Positions 27,050 to 37,160 are shown, numbered from the stretch's first letter. The stretch: 57,722 bases of DNA from Acidimicrobiia bacterium (GCA_035711995.1 DASTBQ010000110.1:1-57722), one strand, 5' to 3'. Notes: generated by a model from the letters alone, not told the origin. Made by a program: numbers and translations.

Positions 27050-27157
27050 AACCCGAATGATGGTCGTCTGTGGAAAAACCCTTCTCGGAGACGGGTAGAA
27101 GACATCAAGTCTCGGGGCGGCGTAGGGCGACCGTACCCCCTACGCTGCCTCCCGCCC

Positions 27158-28318
27158 ATGGGAGACAAGGGAGCGACCGCGCTCGATCGCGCACCGGCGG
27201 AGGCTGCCCACTGGACCGAAACCACGACGCGACTCGGTCTCGCGCTGCTGTTCCTCTATCTCTTCCTCGTAGGCGTAAAAGCGCTCGAGACCGGCATCTC
27301 GGCCTTCGGAAATGACTTCGTCGACTCGGTTTTCGGGTCGGTTGCCACTCCCATCGCAGGGCTCGCCGCCGGAATGCTGGCCACCGTCCTGGTGCAGTCG
27401 TCTTCGGTGACCACGGCCACGATCGTCGGGTTGGTCGGGTCGGGGGTGTTGTCCGTCGAGGCGGCAGTACCCATGGTGATGGGAGCAAACATCGGCACCA
27501 CCGTCACCAACACGCTCGCATCGTTGGGCCACGTTCGTCAGGGCGCCTACTTCGAGCGGGCATTCGCCGCCGCGACCATCCACGACTACTTCAACATCAT
27601 CGCGGTCGCAATTCTCCTTCCGCTCGAAGTCTCCACCGGGCTGGTGTCAGGCATCGCGACATGGGCCGCTGACCTCGTGCACGGGATCCTTCCAGAAAGC
27701 GGGACGGGATCGAGCCCGGTCAAGTCGGCCATCGAGGCACCGGTCACACGGATCGAGGAAATGCTCGCTTCACTTGGCTGGGGGTCCCTGCGCGGCGGGA
27801 TCCTGCTCGTACTCGGTCTGATCCTCATCTTCGTCGCCCTGTGGATGATCACCAGGCAGATGAAACAGGTGATGTCGGGACGGATGGAGAACGCCATCAA
27901 TGGGATCCTCAGCAAAGGCGCGGGGATGGGCGCACTGCTGGCAGGTTTGGTCATGACGATGGCGGTTCAGAGCTCGTCGATCACCACCTCCATCCTCGTG
28001 CCCTTGGTCGCTGCCGGTGTCCTCACCCTGCAGAACGCGTTCCCGGTGACCCTCGGTGCCAACGTGGGCACAACAATCACCGCCCTCTTGGCCTCATTCG
28101 CCGCCGACTCGCCTGACGCTCTGGTCATCGCCCTCGCCCACGTCACATTCAATGTGCTCGGCATCCTGATCATCTATCCGTACTGGAGGATCCGAGCAGT
28201 ACCACTCAAGCTCGCCGAGATCACAGCCATCACGGCGACCCGTCACAAGTCGGTCGCGGGTGCCTACGTGATCGGCATATTCGTCATCTTCCCGCTCGCA
28301 ATACTCTTGATCACATAG
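27158..28318 (+). CDS. Na+/phosphate cotransporter family protein (NptA-like)
   Basis: Duplicated VQSSSVTTA / VQSSSITTS motifs and GANIGTT / GANVGTT. Confidence 0.85.
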   Translation: MGDKGATALDRAPAEAAHWTETTTRLGLALLFLYLFLVGVKALETGISAFGNDFVDSVFGSVATPIAGLAAGMLATVLVQSSSVTTATIVGLVGSGVLSVEAAVPMVMGANIGTTVTNTLASLGHVRQGAYFERAFAAATIHDYFNIIAVAILLPLEVSTGLVSGIATWAADLVHGILPESGTGSSPVKSAIEAPVTRIEEMLASLGWGSLRGGILLVLGLILIFVALWMITRQMKQVMSGRMENAINGILSKGAGMGALLAGLVMTMAVQSSSITTSILVPLVAAGVLTLQNAFPVTLGANVGTTITALLASFAADSPDALVIALAHVTFNVLGILIIYPYWRIRAVPLKLAEITAITATRHKSVAGAYVIGIFVIFPLAILLIT

Positions 28319-28325
28319 GAGGGAC

Positions 28326-29018
28326 ATGTTCTCCATATTCAGAGACATAGATCAGTTGGTCACGGTCGAGCAGCAACTGATCGAGATGCTGGCCAGTTGT
28401 CAGGACACCTTCCGTCTGGCAACCGCTGCACTCTTCGGGGAGGAAGACGTGACCGGGGCTGGCCATCAGCTCGACGAGACGGACAAGGACCTGAATCGAA
28501 CCGAACGTGCGATACGTCGGGAGCTGTTGGTCCATGGCACGGTGCGTGGTGCCGAGGTCGACATGGGTCTGATGTTGGCCTACATGTCGGTAGCCAAAGA
28601 CATCGAGAGAATCGGGGACTATTGCAAGAACATCTGGAACCTTGCCCAGATCGGAGTGTCGTTCAAGGACGCCGACGACGTCGTCGAACTGCAAAGTCAT
28701 CGGGAACGAGTTGCTGAGTTGCTCGAGCAGGCGCTGGCGGCGTTCTCCGAGCAAGACGCAGACGCGGTGCATCAGATGATCCCGGCGATCCGGGAAGACC
28801 TACAGAACTACGACGTCCAGATCATCGTGTTCGTGCGCTCCGAGCTGCCCGGGCGTTTCTCCGCCCCACGGGCGTTGTTCTATCGCTATCTGAAACGGAT
28901 CAGTGCCCATCTCTCCAACACGTTGAGTTCGGTGGTGATGCCTGTGGACCGTCTCGACTTCTACAAGGCGTCGAAGGCGGTCGTTGAACCCGAGGGGGGA
29001 ACCGGTACCGACGAGTGA
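28326..29018 (+). CDS. PhoU-domain protein
   Basis: Helical repeats with the ERIGDYCKNI motif, directly downstream of the Na/Pi transporter. Confidence 0.7.
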   Translation: MFSIFRDIDQLVTVEQQLIEMLASCQDTFRLATAALFGEEDVTGAGHQLDETDKDLNRTERAIRRELLVHGTVRGAEVDMGLMLAYMSVAKDIERIGDYCKNIWNLAQIGVSFKDADDVVELQSHRERVAELLEQALAAFSEQDADAVHQMIPAIREDLQNYDVQIIVFVRSELPGRFSAPRALFYRYLKRISAHLSNTLSSVVMPVDRLDFYKASKAVVEPEGGTGTDE

Positions 29019-29160
29019 GCGTGGCGGGCAGGCTCCCCAGAGGGAACCCCTTCGCGCAACGAATCCGCCTTCCAGGAGGACTCTTCAGGCTGTTGACACC
29101 GGACCATCTGGCGGATCCGCCAACGTAGGGGCGTCACGTTTCCGAGTCGTGGCCCGGCGA

Positions 29161-30414
29161 TCAACTGTCTGTTAAGGGCGCGACGGCGGGATGGGTCAAC
29201 GTCTCGACTGTGGGGTAGCTACGCATGTCGCGGAAGAGCCAATAGGCGAGGATGCCGGCGAAGAACACGAGACAACCCGAAGCCAGGAACACGTTTCTCG
29301 TACCAAAAGTCGCCGCAGCGATCCCGGCCAAACCCATCGATGCCACATTCGCGGCCGAGATCAGCGTATTCAGCGCACCACCTACCCGGCCCCGCATCGA
29401 GTCGGAGATGAGTGTCTGACTCAGGGTATTGGCACCTGCCTGCACGGGGCCCACTGAGAGCCCGACGAAGAAGAGAAGGATCATGATGTGCCAGACCGCT
29501 TGTGCGCCGGAGATCGCAGCGATGAAAACGCCGACGGCGAGCAGACCAAAGCTGACGAGGCTCGAAGGCCGGAGTCTGGTGGCGAGCACTGCCACGAATG
29601 TCCCTGAGATGACCAGCCCAATCACCTGACTCGCCTCGACCGCCCCGAGGAACGCCGCGGAGACAGCGAGGTCGTCGATCAGGAACGGGACGAACAGCAC
29701 ATTCACCGCGCCGAGTCCGAACATGGTCACCGAGAGCGACACCAGGACAGCCCGCAGCGGGCGACTTCGGACCATCACCTTGAAGCCGGCTGCCAACTCA
29801 GTTGACACCCTGGTGACTTCGTGTCGCTCCGGCTCTCCAGAAGTTCGGATACGACTGATCAGGAGGAATGATGTGAAGAAGGTCAGCGAGTCGAGGATGA
29901 AGGCGGGGGCGAGGCTGTCACCCATCGCAGCTAGAACTCCGGCGGCACCCGTACCAAGGAGGTTGAACACGATACGGGAAGTCTGTGAAACAGAATTGGC
30001 CGCAAGGAGCCGTTCCTCACCCACTACTGCCGGGAGAAAGGCGGCCCGGGCCGGGTTGAACACAGTGCCGATGGCTGCTTGTGCGAATCCGATCAGATAG
30101 ATGAGCGGGACCATCTCCGCAGACCTGACGAACAGAAACCCCAACACGATGATCGCCCTGAGCAGATCGGAGACGAGCATCGCTCTCTTACGGTCGATCC
30201 TGTCGACGTACACGCCGGCCACGGTCCCGAAGAAAAGGGTGGGCAGTGCTATCGCCACCATCAGACCGGCCAGAGCGACGGTCGATCCGGTGAGACGCTG
30301 GATCAGGATCAGCAGGGTGAAGAAGGTGAGATTGTCACCGAAGTCAGATAGGACCTGGGCACTCCAGAGCAGCCGAAAGTCTCTGATCTTCAGAAGGTCA
30401 CGCAGAACCCTCAA
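29161..30414 (-). CDS. MFS transporter
   Basis: 417 aa with about 12 TM helices. N-terminal FRLLWSAQVLSDFGD is typical of the EntS/MFS_3-like group. It has a 4-nt overlap with the ArsR-type gene. Confidence 0.8.
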   Translation of the reverse strand: MRVLRDLLKIRDFRLLWSAQVLSDFGDNLTFFTLLILIQRLTGSTVALAGLMVAIALPTLFFGTVAGVYVDRIDRKRAMLVSDLLRAIIVLGFLFVRSAEMVPLIYLIGFAQAAIGTVFNPARAAFLPAVVGEERLLAANSVSQTSRIVFNLLGTGAAGVLAAMGDSLAPAFILDSLTFFTSFLLISRIRTSGEPERHEVTRVSTELAAGFKVMVRSRPLRAVLVSLSVTMFGLGAVNVLFVPFLIDDLAVSAAFLGAVEASQVIGLVISGTFVAVLATRLRPSSLVSFGLLAVGVFIAAISGAQAVWHIMILLFFVGLSVGPVQAGANTLSQTLISDSMRGRVGGALNTLISAANVASMGLAGIAAATFGTRNVFLASGCLVFFAGILAYWLFRDMRSYPTVETLTHPAVAPLTDS

Positions 30415-31130
30415 GGCCCGATCTCCCCACCCCCGGCGAGGGGGAAGAACACAACCGTCAGTCCGAATTCGTCGCCGTCCTCCTCGTCACGGGCGTCGAA
30501 TTCCTCCTCGATGAACTTCCCCAGCCGATCAGCGAGATCGAGCGCCTGGTCCCGGGTGATTTTGGCCAAGGAACGTCTGAGCAAGCCGCCGATCTTCTCC
30601 TCCGCCCCCGCCTTGAGACGGCTGAAGTGCTCGGCCAGTGCCTCTTCGGCGTCGACCCGGGCACCGTCGAGGATCACCCCGGCCGTGATCTTTGCGATTT
30701 CGTGAGGCTCATGGTCACCTTGTGCGATGGTTGGCGACGGCTTGAAGCCCTTGGCCGTCACCTGATAGAGCTTCTGCAACATCGCACCGGCCTTGCGTGT
30801 CTCCACCACGCGGATGACGCCGGCCTCTTCCATCATGTTGAAGTGGTAGTAGAGACGGGTGGGTGGGACACCGAGGCTGTCAGCGACATCTCTCACCGCA
30901 CGGGGCTCCTGAAGCAGTCGGAGGATCCGAAAACGAGTCGGGTTGTTCAGGACCTCGAGTACCTCGATGTCATCGATCTCGAGAAACTCGGCCGGCTGTT
31001 TCTCAGGCACCGCAACCGACCGGAGTCTCCACAGGGGTGGCCAATCGCTCTCCGACCCGCACCAGAAAGGCTCCAACGACCAGACGAGGGCGGCGTGCGC
31101 GCCGACGCGGGAGGGGATTGGCGACTGCAA
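30411..31130 (-). CDS. ArsR-family winged-helix transcriptional regulator
   Basis: LEVLNNPTRFRILRLL...VRDVADSLGVPPTRLYYHFNMMEEAGVI. The true start may lie downstream of 31130, because the N-terminal 40 aa look non-conserved. Confidence 0.75.
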   Translation of the reverse strand: MQSPIPSRVGAHAALVWSLEPFWCGSESDWPPLWRLRSVAVPEKQPAEFLEIDDIEVLEVLNNPTRFRILRLLQEPRAVRDVADSLGVPPTRLYYHFNMMEEAGVIRVVETRKAGAMLQKLYQVTAKGFKPSPTIAQGDHEPHEIAKITAGVILDGARVDAEEALAEHFSRLKAGAEEKIGGLLRRSLAKITRDQALDLADRLGKFIEEEFDARDEEDGDEFGLTVVFFPLAGGGEIGP

Positions 31131-31230
31131 TTCGGTGTGCCTGCAAAAAGCGAGCCGTGTGCTCGATGTCCCGATACATGGGTGTCTCCTCTGGGCCCGA
31201 CCTCGGTGTCGGACTCTTGAACCCCACTAT

Positions 31231-31253
31231 ATTCAACTCGTTTGAATGTTCAA
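31231..31253. promoter_or_regulatory. Operator-like overlapping palindromes in an AT-rich divergent region
   Basis: ATTCAA-ctcgt-TTGAAT (31231-31247) overlaps TTGAA-tg-TTCAA (31243-31253). Further TTGAA copies are at 31217, 31258 and 31278. Confidence 0.4.
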
Positions 31254-31318
31254 GCGATTTGAAATACGCCCGGGTTGATTTGAAGGTCCTTCTTTCTGAA
31301 CGCTTAACCTCACCGCCG

Positions 31319-31873
31319 ATGCGACTGGGGATCGACCTGGACGGGGTGGTGGCCAACTTCACCAAGGGTTGGATGGATTTTTACAATCGCGAGTTCGGAA
31401 CAGAATTCGTAGTTGCCGACTCGAAGCGGTGGAACGACCTTGTCGAACTGACCCACTTCGCCAACATCAACGAGTTCTGGAAATGGTCGTCGCGTCTGGA
31501 CGGGCGATCCATCTTCTGGCATCTGGAGCCGTTCCCCGGGGCCGTGGATGCGCTGGATGCGCTGGCCGACGAAGGACATTCGATAGTGATCATCACCACC
31601 AAGCCGAAGTTCGCGGAAGACGACACCCATGAATGGATCGTGCGTCACCAGATCCCGACGTCAGAGATACACATCCTCGAGGACAAGTGGGTTGTCGACT
31701 GCGACGTCTACCTCGACGATGGCCCCCATGTACTCCCCCGACTGGTGGCCAACCGGCCCGCCTCGACCGTGTGCCGGTATGTCCGTCCCTGGAACGAGCC
31801 AGTCGAAGGTGCCATCGACGTCGTCGACTTCGACGATTTCCGCTCCGTAGTAGACCGACTCGCCCACGCTTGA
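31319..31873 (+). CDS. 5'(3')-deoxyribonucleotidase-like HAD phosphatase
   Basis: MRLGIDLDGVVANF (DxDGV motif), IVIITTKP and VYLDDGPH. The 30863-31318 part of the ORF is a frame extension antisense to ArsR. Confidence 0.7.
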   Translation: MRLGIDLDGVVANFTKGWMDFYNREFGTEFVVADSKRWNDLVELTHFANINEFWKWSSRLDGRSIFWHLEPFPGAVDALDALADEGHSIVIITTKPKFAEDDTHEWIVRHQIPTSEIHILEDKWVVDCDVYLDDGPHVLPRLVANRPASTVCRYVRPWNEPVEGAIDVVDFDDFRSVVDRLAHA

Positions 31874-31970
31874 CGCATCTGGCTAGCCTCGCCCAGCGAC
31901 CTCAGCCCTGGGAGCGGGCACGTGAAAGCTGGGGCCGGAGATCGACCCATGGGAAACAAGGAGCAATGAA

Positions 31971-33086
31971 ATGAACCGAAAAGCCCTTTGGGCTTTGGTT
32001 GCGACCCTCGCGTTGGTTGTCGCAGCGTGCGGTGATGGCGATGGTGGAGACGCCACGACGACCACTGCTGAGTCGACGGACACCACCGAGGACATGACCA
32101 CCACTACCGAGGCCGCCACGAGCACGACCGGAGCCGGCGACGAGATAGGCAGCGAAGCCAACCCAATCCAGGTGCTGTTCGTCCCCTCGGTGTCGGCGGA
32201 GGAGATCATCGCCGGTGGAGAGTTGCTCGCCGAGACTCTGAACGCAGAGACAGGTCTGAACTTCGAAGTGTCAGTGCCGACGTCTTATGCGGCGGTCCTC
32301 GAGGAGATGTGCGCCTCGCCGGAGAACACGATGGGATTCATCCCGGCACAGGCCTACGTGCTGGGCAGTGACAAATGTGGCATCGAGGTGTCACTCAAGT
32401 CGCTCCGGTTCGGATACACCGAGTACTGGACCCAGTTCATCGTGGCCCGTGACTCAGATTTCGGGTCTGTAGAGGATTTGAACGGAGCCAGCTGGGCATA
32501 CCCCGACGGCACATCGACCTCTGGTTTCTTGGTGCCGAGCGGCATGTTCGAATCGATGGGCATCGAGCCGGGTGAGGTTTCAGAAGTCGGCAGCCACGAC
32601 GCGGTTGTGCAGGCGGTCTACGACGGCACTGCCGAGTTCGGCACCACCTTCTACTCGCCACCTGTCGACTCCGAGGGCACCACCCTCTGGGACGGAGATC
32701 CCAACAACGGCGACGTGCCCGACGACCTGGTCGACACCTGCGCCCTGGACGCAGAAGGTGAGATCCTCTGCGGTGAGGACCTGTTCCCCCGGGACGCTCG
32801 ACGCAACATCCGGGAAGCGGCGCCAGACGTGATTCAGCAGGTGAGGATCCTGACCCTTTCGGACCCGATCCCCAACGACACGTTGTCATATTCGCCGGAC
32901 TTCCCTGAGGACCTCCAGGAGCAGATCAGCGCGGCGCTCGAGGTGTTCGCCACCGACGACCCGGAGGGGTTCGCCACTGCCTTCGAGGCCTACTCCTGGT
33001 CGGGTGTCGCACCCACGAGTGACGCCGAGTTCGACTCGATTCGAGCCCTGCTGGCGGCCCTCGGCTTCAGCGAAGACGACCTGTAA
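31971..33086 (+). CDS. phnD: Phosphonate/phosphite ABC transporter substrate-binding lipoprotein (PhnD family)
   Basis: Lipobox VVAAC and a T/D/E-rich linker. FVPS...YAAVLEEM...GFIPAQAY and PDGTSTSGFLVP are PhnD-like. AAGGAG SD. Confidence 0.8.
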   Translation: MNRKALWALVATLALVVAACGDGDGGDATTTTAESTDTTEDMTTTTEAATSTTGAGDEIGSEANPIQVLFVPSVSAEEIIAGGELLAETLNAETGLNFEVSVPTSYAAVLEEMCASPENTMGFIPAQAYVLGSDKCGIEVSLKSLRFGYTEYWTQFIVARDSDFGSVEDLNGASWAYPDGTSTSGFLVPSGMFESMGIEPGEVSEVGSHDAVVQAVYDGTAEFGTTFYSPPVDSEGTTLWDGDPNNGDVPDDLVDTCALDAEGEILCGEDLFPRDARRNIREAAPDVIQQVRILTLSDPIPNDTLSYSPDFPEDLQEQISAALEVFATDDPEGFATAFEAYSWSGVAPTSDAEFDSIRALLAALGFSEDDL

Positions 33087-33144
33087 GGGAATATCCGGGG
33101 TGTGGAGCGCCCCGACCGGGCGCTTTACACCCCCGACTACATCG

Positions 33145-33894
33145 ATGCTGAAGGTCGAACACCTCACAAAGGTCTACGACAACGGGACCGTTGCTCTCGA
33201 AGACGTCAGTTTCGAGGTGCCCGACGGACAGTTCCTCGCGGTGATCGGTCTCTCCGGGTCCGGTAAGTCGACGCTTCTCCGCTGTATCAATCGGCTCATC
33301 GATCCCACCGAGGGCCGCATCCTCTGGAACGGTGAGGACATAACCAGCGCCGGACAGGAAGAGCTGAGACGCATCCGGAGGAGGATCGGGATGGTCTTCC
33401 AACACTTCAATCTCGTGGCGAGGTCGAAGGTCGAGACCAACGTCCTCGCCGGGCGGCTCGGATACACCAACCCTGCACTCAGCATTCTCAACCACTTCTC
33501 GCCCGCCGACCACGAGTCCGCCCGCAACGCCCTCGCCCGGGTCGGTCTCGAGGAGAAGCTCGGGTCCCTCGCCTCCGAGCTGTCGGGGGGCCAACAACAG
33601 CGTGTCGGGATCGCACGAGCGCTCGTGCAGAACCCCGAGATCCTCCTCGCTGACGAACCGGTGGCATCACTCGACCCGGTTCTCGCCCACTCGATAATGC
33701 AGCACCTCGAGTCGATCAACGACGACGGGGTGACCGTCGTCTGCTCACTCCACTTTCTCGACTTGGTGCATCGCTACTCGGACCGGGCGATCGCCTTGTT
33801 CGATGGGCATCTCGTCTACGACGGCCCACCTTCCGGCATCGACGACGCCAAGTTCAAGGACATCTACGGACACGAGGCCGAGCGGGTTGGCTGA
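33145..33894 (+). CDS. phnC: Phosphonate ABC transporter ATP-binding protein
   Basis: GLSGSGKSTLLRCINRL, LSGGQQQRVGIARAL and LLADEPVASLDP. ATG at 33145. Confidence 0.9.
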   Translation: MLKVEHLTKVYDNGTVALEDVSFEVPDGQFLAVIGLSGSGKSTLLRCINRLIDPTEGRILWNGEDITSAGQEELRRIRRRIGMVFQHFNLVARSKVETNVLAGRLGYTNPALSILNHFSPADHESARNALARVGLEEKLGSLASELSGGQQQRVGIARALVQNPEILLADEPVASLDPVLAHSIMQHLESINDDGVTVVCSLHFLDLVHRYSDRAIALFDGHLVYDGPPSGIDDAKFKDIYGHEAERVG

Positions 33895-36085
33895 CAACAA
33901 GAAAAAGCCACGTCGCCGACTGTGGCTGGTGCTCGGGATCGTCCTCGGGATCGTCATCTACGCCCTCGCCGTGGACCGGACAGGGGTGAGCCTCGACGAG
34001 ATCACGTCCGAGACCAGACAGGCGCAGCTGGTCCGCATCATCAGGGCGCTGGCCCGTCCAGAACTGGTCACTTACGACTTCGAGGACGACAACACCGATG
34101 TCGACTTCTTCATCCCCTGTGTCGGAGATCCGGCCCCGATCACCGAAGGGCCGGTAACGGTCGACCCCTCCTGCGGCGAGCCCGAGGAGATGGTGACCGT
34201 GACCGGGTCCGGTTTCGACCCGTTCGTCAGTGGCCGGATCCAGTTCATCCCCGACTCTGAGTTCGAAGTGACCCTGCCCCTCGCCGTGTTCGAGGCAGAC
34301 GGAAGCGGGAACTTCACGATCGATGTGGAGCTTCCGGACCGGTTCTCTGACAGTTCGCAGATCCTGCGGGTGCAGGTGCCAAATCGTCTTGGCACCTGGC
34401 GCAATCGTCAGCAGGTGTGGACGGACACCAACGAGAACGGCGTCCGGGATGAGGGGACGATCGGGAGCGACGGGCTGACTGTGAGCGCGGAAGGGATCTC
34501 CACAGACGTCCCCGCCATCGCGCTCCTCGACGCCACCAGCCAGGTAACCGAGTTCGTCACCACAGGCGAGGGGTTCGTGGCGACCGACGGGCCGGCAAAC
34601 GGGACCACGGCTGTACCGATCGAAGAGACCGAAGAAGCCGACATCACCATCACCTCCATCGAAACCGAGGGCGACACCACGGTTGTCAACGTTTCCGGGC
34701 CGGAGGGCTCCAATGTGTCCAGTTGGCGCATCGCGGTCTACGACGGGCTGGCTGGCTCATTCATCGGCACGGCCTACCTCGGGGATCAGATCGAGCTCTC
34801 ACCTCGAGTCTCGGAGCAGGCGACTCTCACCCTCGAGGCGATCGTCGATACCGTCTTCCTGGCATTGGTCGCCACGACCGCTGGTCTGGCAATTGCGCTA
34901 CCCCTGTCTTTCGTGTCGGCACGAAACCTCATGAAGGACGTATCGACGACTGTCGTGGGGCTCGGTCTAGGTCTCATCGCCATCCCGGTGGGCATCGCAC
35001 TCGGGCTCGCCTACATGGACCTGCAGCGATGGGTGCTTTCCGACGTCGGCTCCAACACCTTCTTGCGGATCGCCCTCGTACTCGCCGGAGGTGTCGTGAC
35101 ATTCTTCCTTGCCCGGCAGATCTTCTTCGGTGAAGAGATCAGATCCAACCTGATCCGCACCCTCCGTTCGATAGCAACGATGATCGCACTCGCCCTGGCC
35201 TTGGAAGGCCTGTTCGGTCTGTTGACCGCGGGCGGCGAGGCGTTGGAGCCGGCCTTCGGTGTCCTTGGGTTCGTGCCGGCCCTTTTCGCCACCATCGGTG
35301 AGGTCGGCACGGTGCTGCTCCCGTTCATCATCTCACTGATAGCCGCCGCCATCGTCCTCGGTGTCGCCAGACGCACCGCACATTGGTTGGTGACTCACGA
35401 GAGTGCGGGCATTCGAGCGGTGACCGGTTACACGACCATGGCCATCGCCGGTGCGATCTGGGCGGTGATGATCGGGGCGGTTATCGACTGGCTCTATCAG
35501 ATCGCAAACCCGATGCTCACCGTGGTGCTCCCGGCCATACTCGGTGTGTTGGCCGGACTGGTGATTGCCTACTTCGGCCGACGACAAGGGGAGGTGCGGA
35601 TAGGTCTCACCGTGTATTACGTCGCCCGCACGATCTTCAACACGCTGCGGTCGATCGAGCCTCTGGTGATGGTGATCGTATTTGTCGTGTGGGTCGGGTT
35701 CGGCGAATTCGCCGGAGCGCTGGCCCTGGCACTTCACACTGCTGCCGCACTGGCCAAGCTCTATTCGGAGCAGGTGGAATCGATCTCGGAAGGACCCCTC
35801 GAGGCGGTGCGGGCCACCGGCGCCAACCGTCTCCAGTCGATCGTCTACGCCGTCGCCCCGCAGATCGTCCCTCCATACATCTCGTTCACGATGTATCGCT
35901 GGGACATCAACGTGAGGATGTCGACCATCCTCGGCTTCGCTGGTGGTGGTGGCATCGGCTTCCTGCTCCAGCAGAATGTGGCACTGGGCGACTATCGCGC
36001 CGCTTCAGTCCAGATGCTCGCTATCGCAATCGTCGTGGCCACGATGGACTACTTCTCGTCGAAACTGAGACAACGATTCACATGA
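33887..36085 (+). CDS. phnE: Phosphonate ABC transporter permease PhnE with a large N-terminal extracytoplasmic insertion
   Basis: The C-terminal half has PhnE hallmarks: LPLSFVSARNLM, and EAA-loop EAVRATGANRLQSIVYAVAPQIVPPYISFTMYRWDINVRMSTILGFAGGGGIG. Start assumed at TTG 33887, overlapping the phnC stop. It could instead be a nearby GTG. Confidence 0.8.
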   Translation: MADNKKKPRRRLWLVLGIVLGIVIYALAVDRTGVSLDEITSETRQAQLVRIIRALARPELVTYDFEDDNTDVDFFIPCVGDPAPITEGPVTVDPSCGEPEEMVTVTGSGFDPFVSGRIQFIPDSEFEVTLPLAVFEADGSGNFTIDVELPDRFSDSSQILRVQVPNRLGTWRNRQQVWTDTNENGVRDEGTIGSDGLTVSAEGISTDVPAIALLDATSQVTEFVTTGEGFVATDGPANGTTAVPIEETEEADITITSIETEGDTTVVNVSGPEGSNVSSWRIAVYDGLAGSFIGTAYLGDQIELSPRVSEQATLTLEAIVDTVFLALVATTAGLAIALPLSFVSARNLMKDVSTTVVGLGLGLIAIPVGIALGLAYMDLQRWVLSDVGSNTFLRIALVLAGGVVTFFLARQIFFGEEIRSNLIRTLRSIATMIALALALEGLFGLLTAGGEALEPAFGVLGFVPALFATIGEVGTVLLPFIISLIAAAIVLGVARRTAHWLVTHESAGIRAVTGYTTMAIAGAIWAVMIGAVIDWLYQIANPMLTVVLPAILGVLAGLVIAYFGRRQGEVRIGLTVYYVARTIFNTLRSIEPLVMVIVFVVWVGFGEFAGALALALHTAAALAKLYSEQVESISEGPLEAVRATGANRLQSIVYAVAPQIVPPYISFTMYRWDINVRMSTILGFAGGGGIGFLLQQNVALGDYRAASVQMLAIAIVVATMDYFSSKLRQRFT

Positions 36086-36112
36086 GCTTTCCAATGAGGG
36101 GCGGGAGCGACA

Positions 36113-37114
36113 ATGGGTGAGATGCTGAGACGGACCCGTCAGGAGCGAGAGGATCTGGAGCACCAGCTCCTCGCACCCGCTGCCACCAAGGCTGACCAGA
36201 GCAAGGGACGAACAGAACCCGAGGAGTCAGACGAATTCAGGACGGCATTCGAACGGGACCGTGATCGCATAATCCACTCGAAAGTGTTCCGGAGGCTCAA
36301 ACACAAGACACAGGTGTTCTTGAACCCGGACGGCGACCACTTCGTGACACGTATGACCCACACGATCCACGTGAACCAAGTCGGGCGGGCCATGGCGAGA
36401 GCTCTGGGTCTGAACGAGGACCTGACCGAGGCAATATGTCTCGCACACGATGTGGGACATTCCCCTTTCGGCCACACCGGCGAAGACGCGCTGTCACCAC
36501 TGATCGAGGGAGAGTGGCTTCACTCCTCTCACGGCGTCAGGACGCTCGAGTTGCTCGAGCCGCAGAACCTGAGCCACGAAGTGCTCGACGGGGTGAGGGC
36601 CCACTCTTGGAAGATCGAGCCCCCACCTCAAACGCCCGAGGGCTGGCTTTGCCGGTATGCCGACCGAATCGCTTACCTGACTCACGACGTCTCAGACGCC
36701 CTCAGGGCAGGTGTCCTCGAGTATCACGATCTGCCGGTGAGGGCGTTGACCACCTTCGGGGCGACAGCTCGGGAGTGGATCGGCTCGATGATCACCGCCG
36801 TGATCGAGACGTCTCATCGAAGTGGCGTTGTAGCCATGGACGCCGAGCACCTAGATGTGATGGGCGAGTTGCGTGACTTCATGTTCGAACGGGTGTATCT
36901 GAGCCCGGAGTCGGAGGCTCAGAAGCAGAAAGCCATCCTGATAATCCAGGACTTGGTCGGGTACTACCGATCACACCCCGACCGGGTCCCCGACTCGTAC
37001 ACGGTTACCGACGCCGACTCTCTGACCCGGGCAATCGACTATGTGGCCGGGATGACGGACAGGTTTGCGCTGCACACCCACGATCGGCTGTACCGCCCCA
37101 CCCTCCTCGACTGA
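36113..37114 (+). CDS. dgt: dGTP triphosphohydrolase-like HD-domain protein
   Basis: FERDRDRIIHSKVFRRLKHKTQVF, TRMTHTIHV and AHDVGHSPFGH. Confidence 0.85.
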   Translation: MGEMLRRTRQEREDLEHQLLAPAATKADQSKGRTEPEESDEFRTAFERDRDRIIHSKVFRRLKHKTQVFLNPDGDHFVTRMTHTIHVNQVGRAMARALGLNEDLTEAICLAHDVGHSPFGHTGEDALSPLIEGEWLHSSHGVRTLELLEPQNLSHEVLDGVRAHSWKIEPPPQTPEGWLCRYADRIAYLTHDVSDALRAGVLEYHDLPVRALTTFGATAREWIGSMITAVIETSHRSGVVAMDAEHLDVMGELRDFMFERVYLSPESEAQKQKAILIIQDLVGYYRSHPDRVPDSYTVTDADSLTRAIDYVAGMTDRFALHTHDRLYRPTLLD

Positions 37115-37160
37115 TCGGATTCGGAGCCGGCCCGGCCCGGGCCCTAACCTTTGTCCTCCC

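Noticed and set aside
27050-27157. PHO-box direct repeats upstream of the Na/Pi-PhoU pair (and at 31874-31970 upstream of phnD). A hairpin GCGTAGGG-N10-CCCTACGC lies at about 27118-27143.
   Set aside because: I recognised no convincing GTTCACC-type 11-nt direct repeats. The hairpin is more simply a terminator of the upstream flavodoxin-like gene.
29019-29160. Perfect 14-nt palindrome TGGCGGATCCGCCA between convergent PhoU-like and MFS genes, considered as a regulatory site.
   Set aside because: It is loop-less, short and single-copy, and it lies between two 3' ends. It is most likely just part of a weak terminator region.
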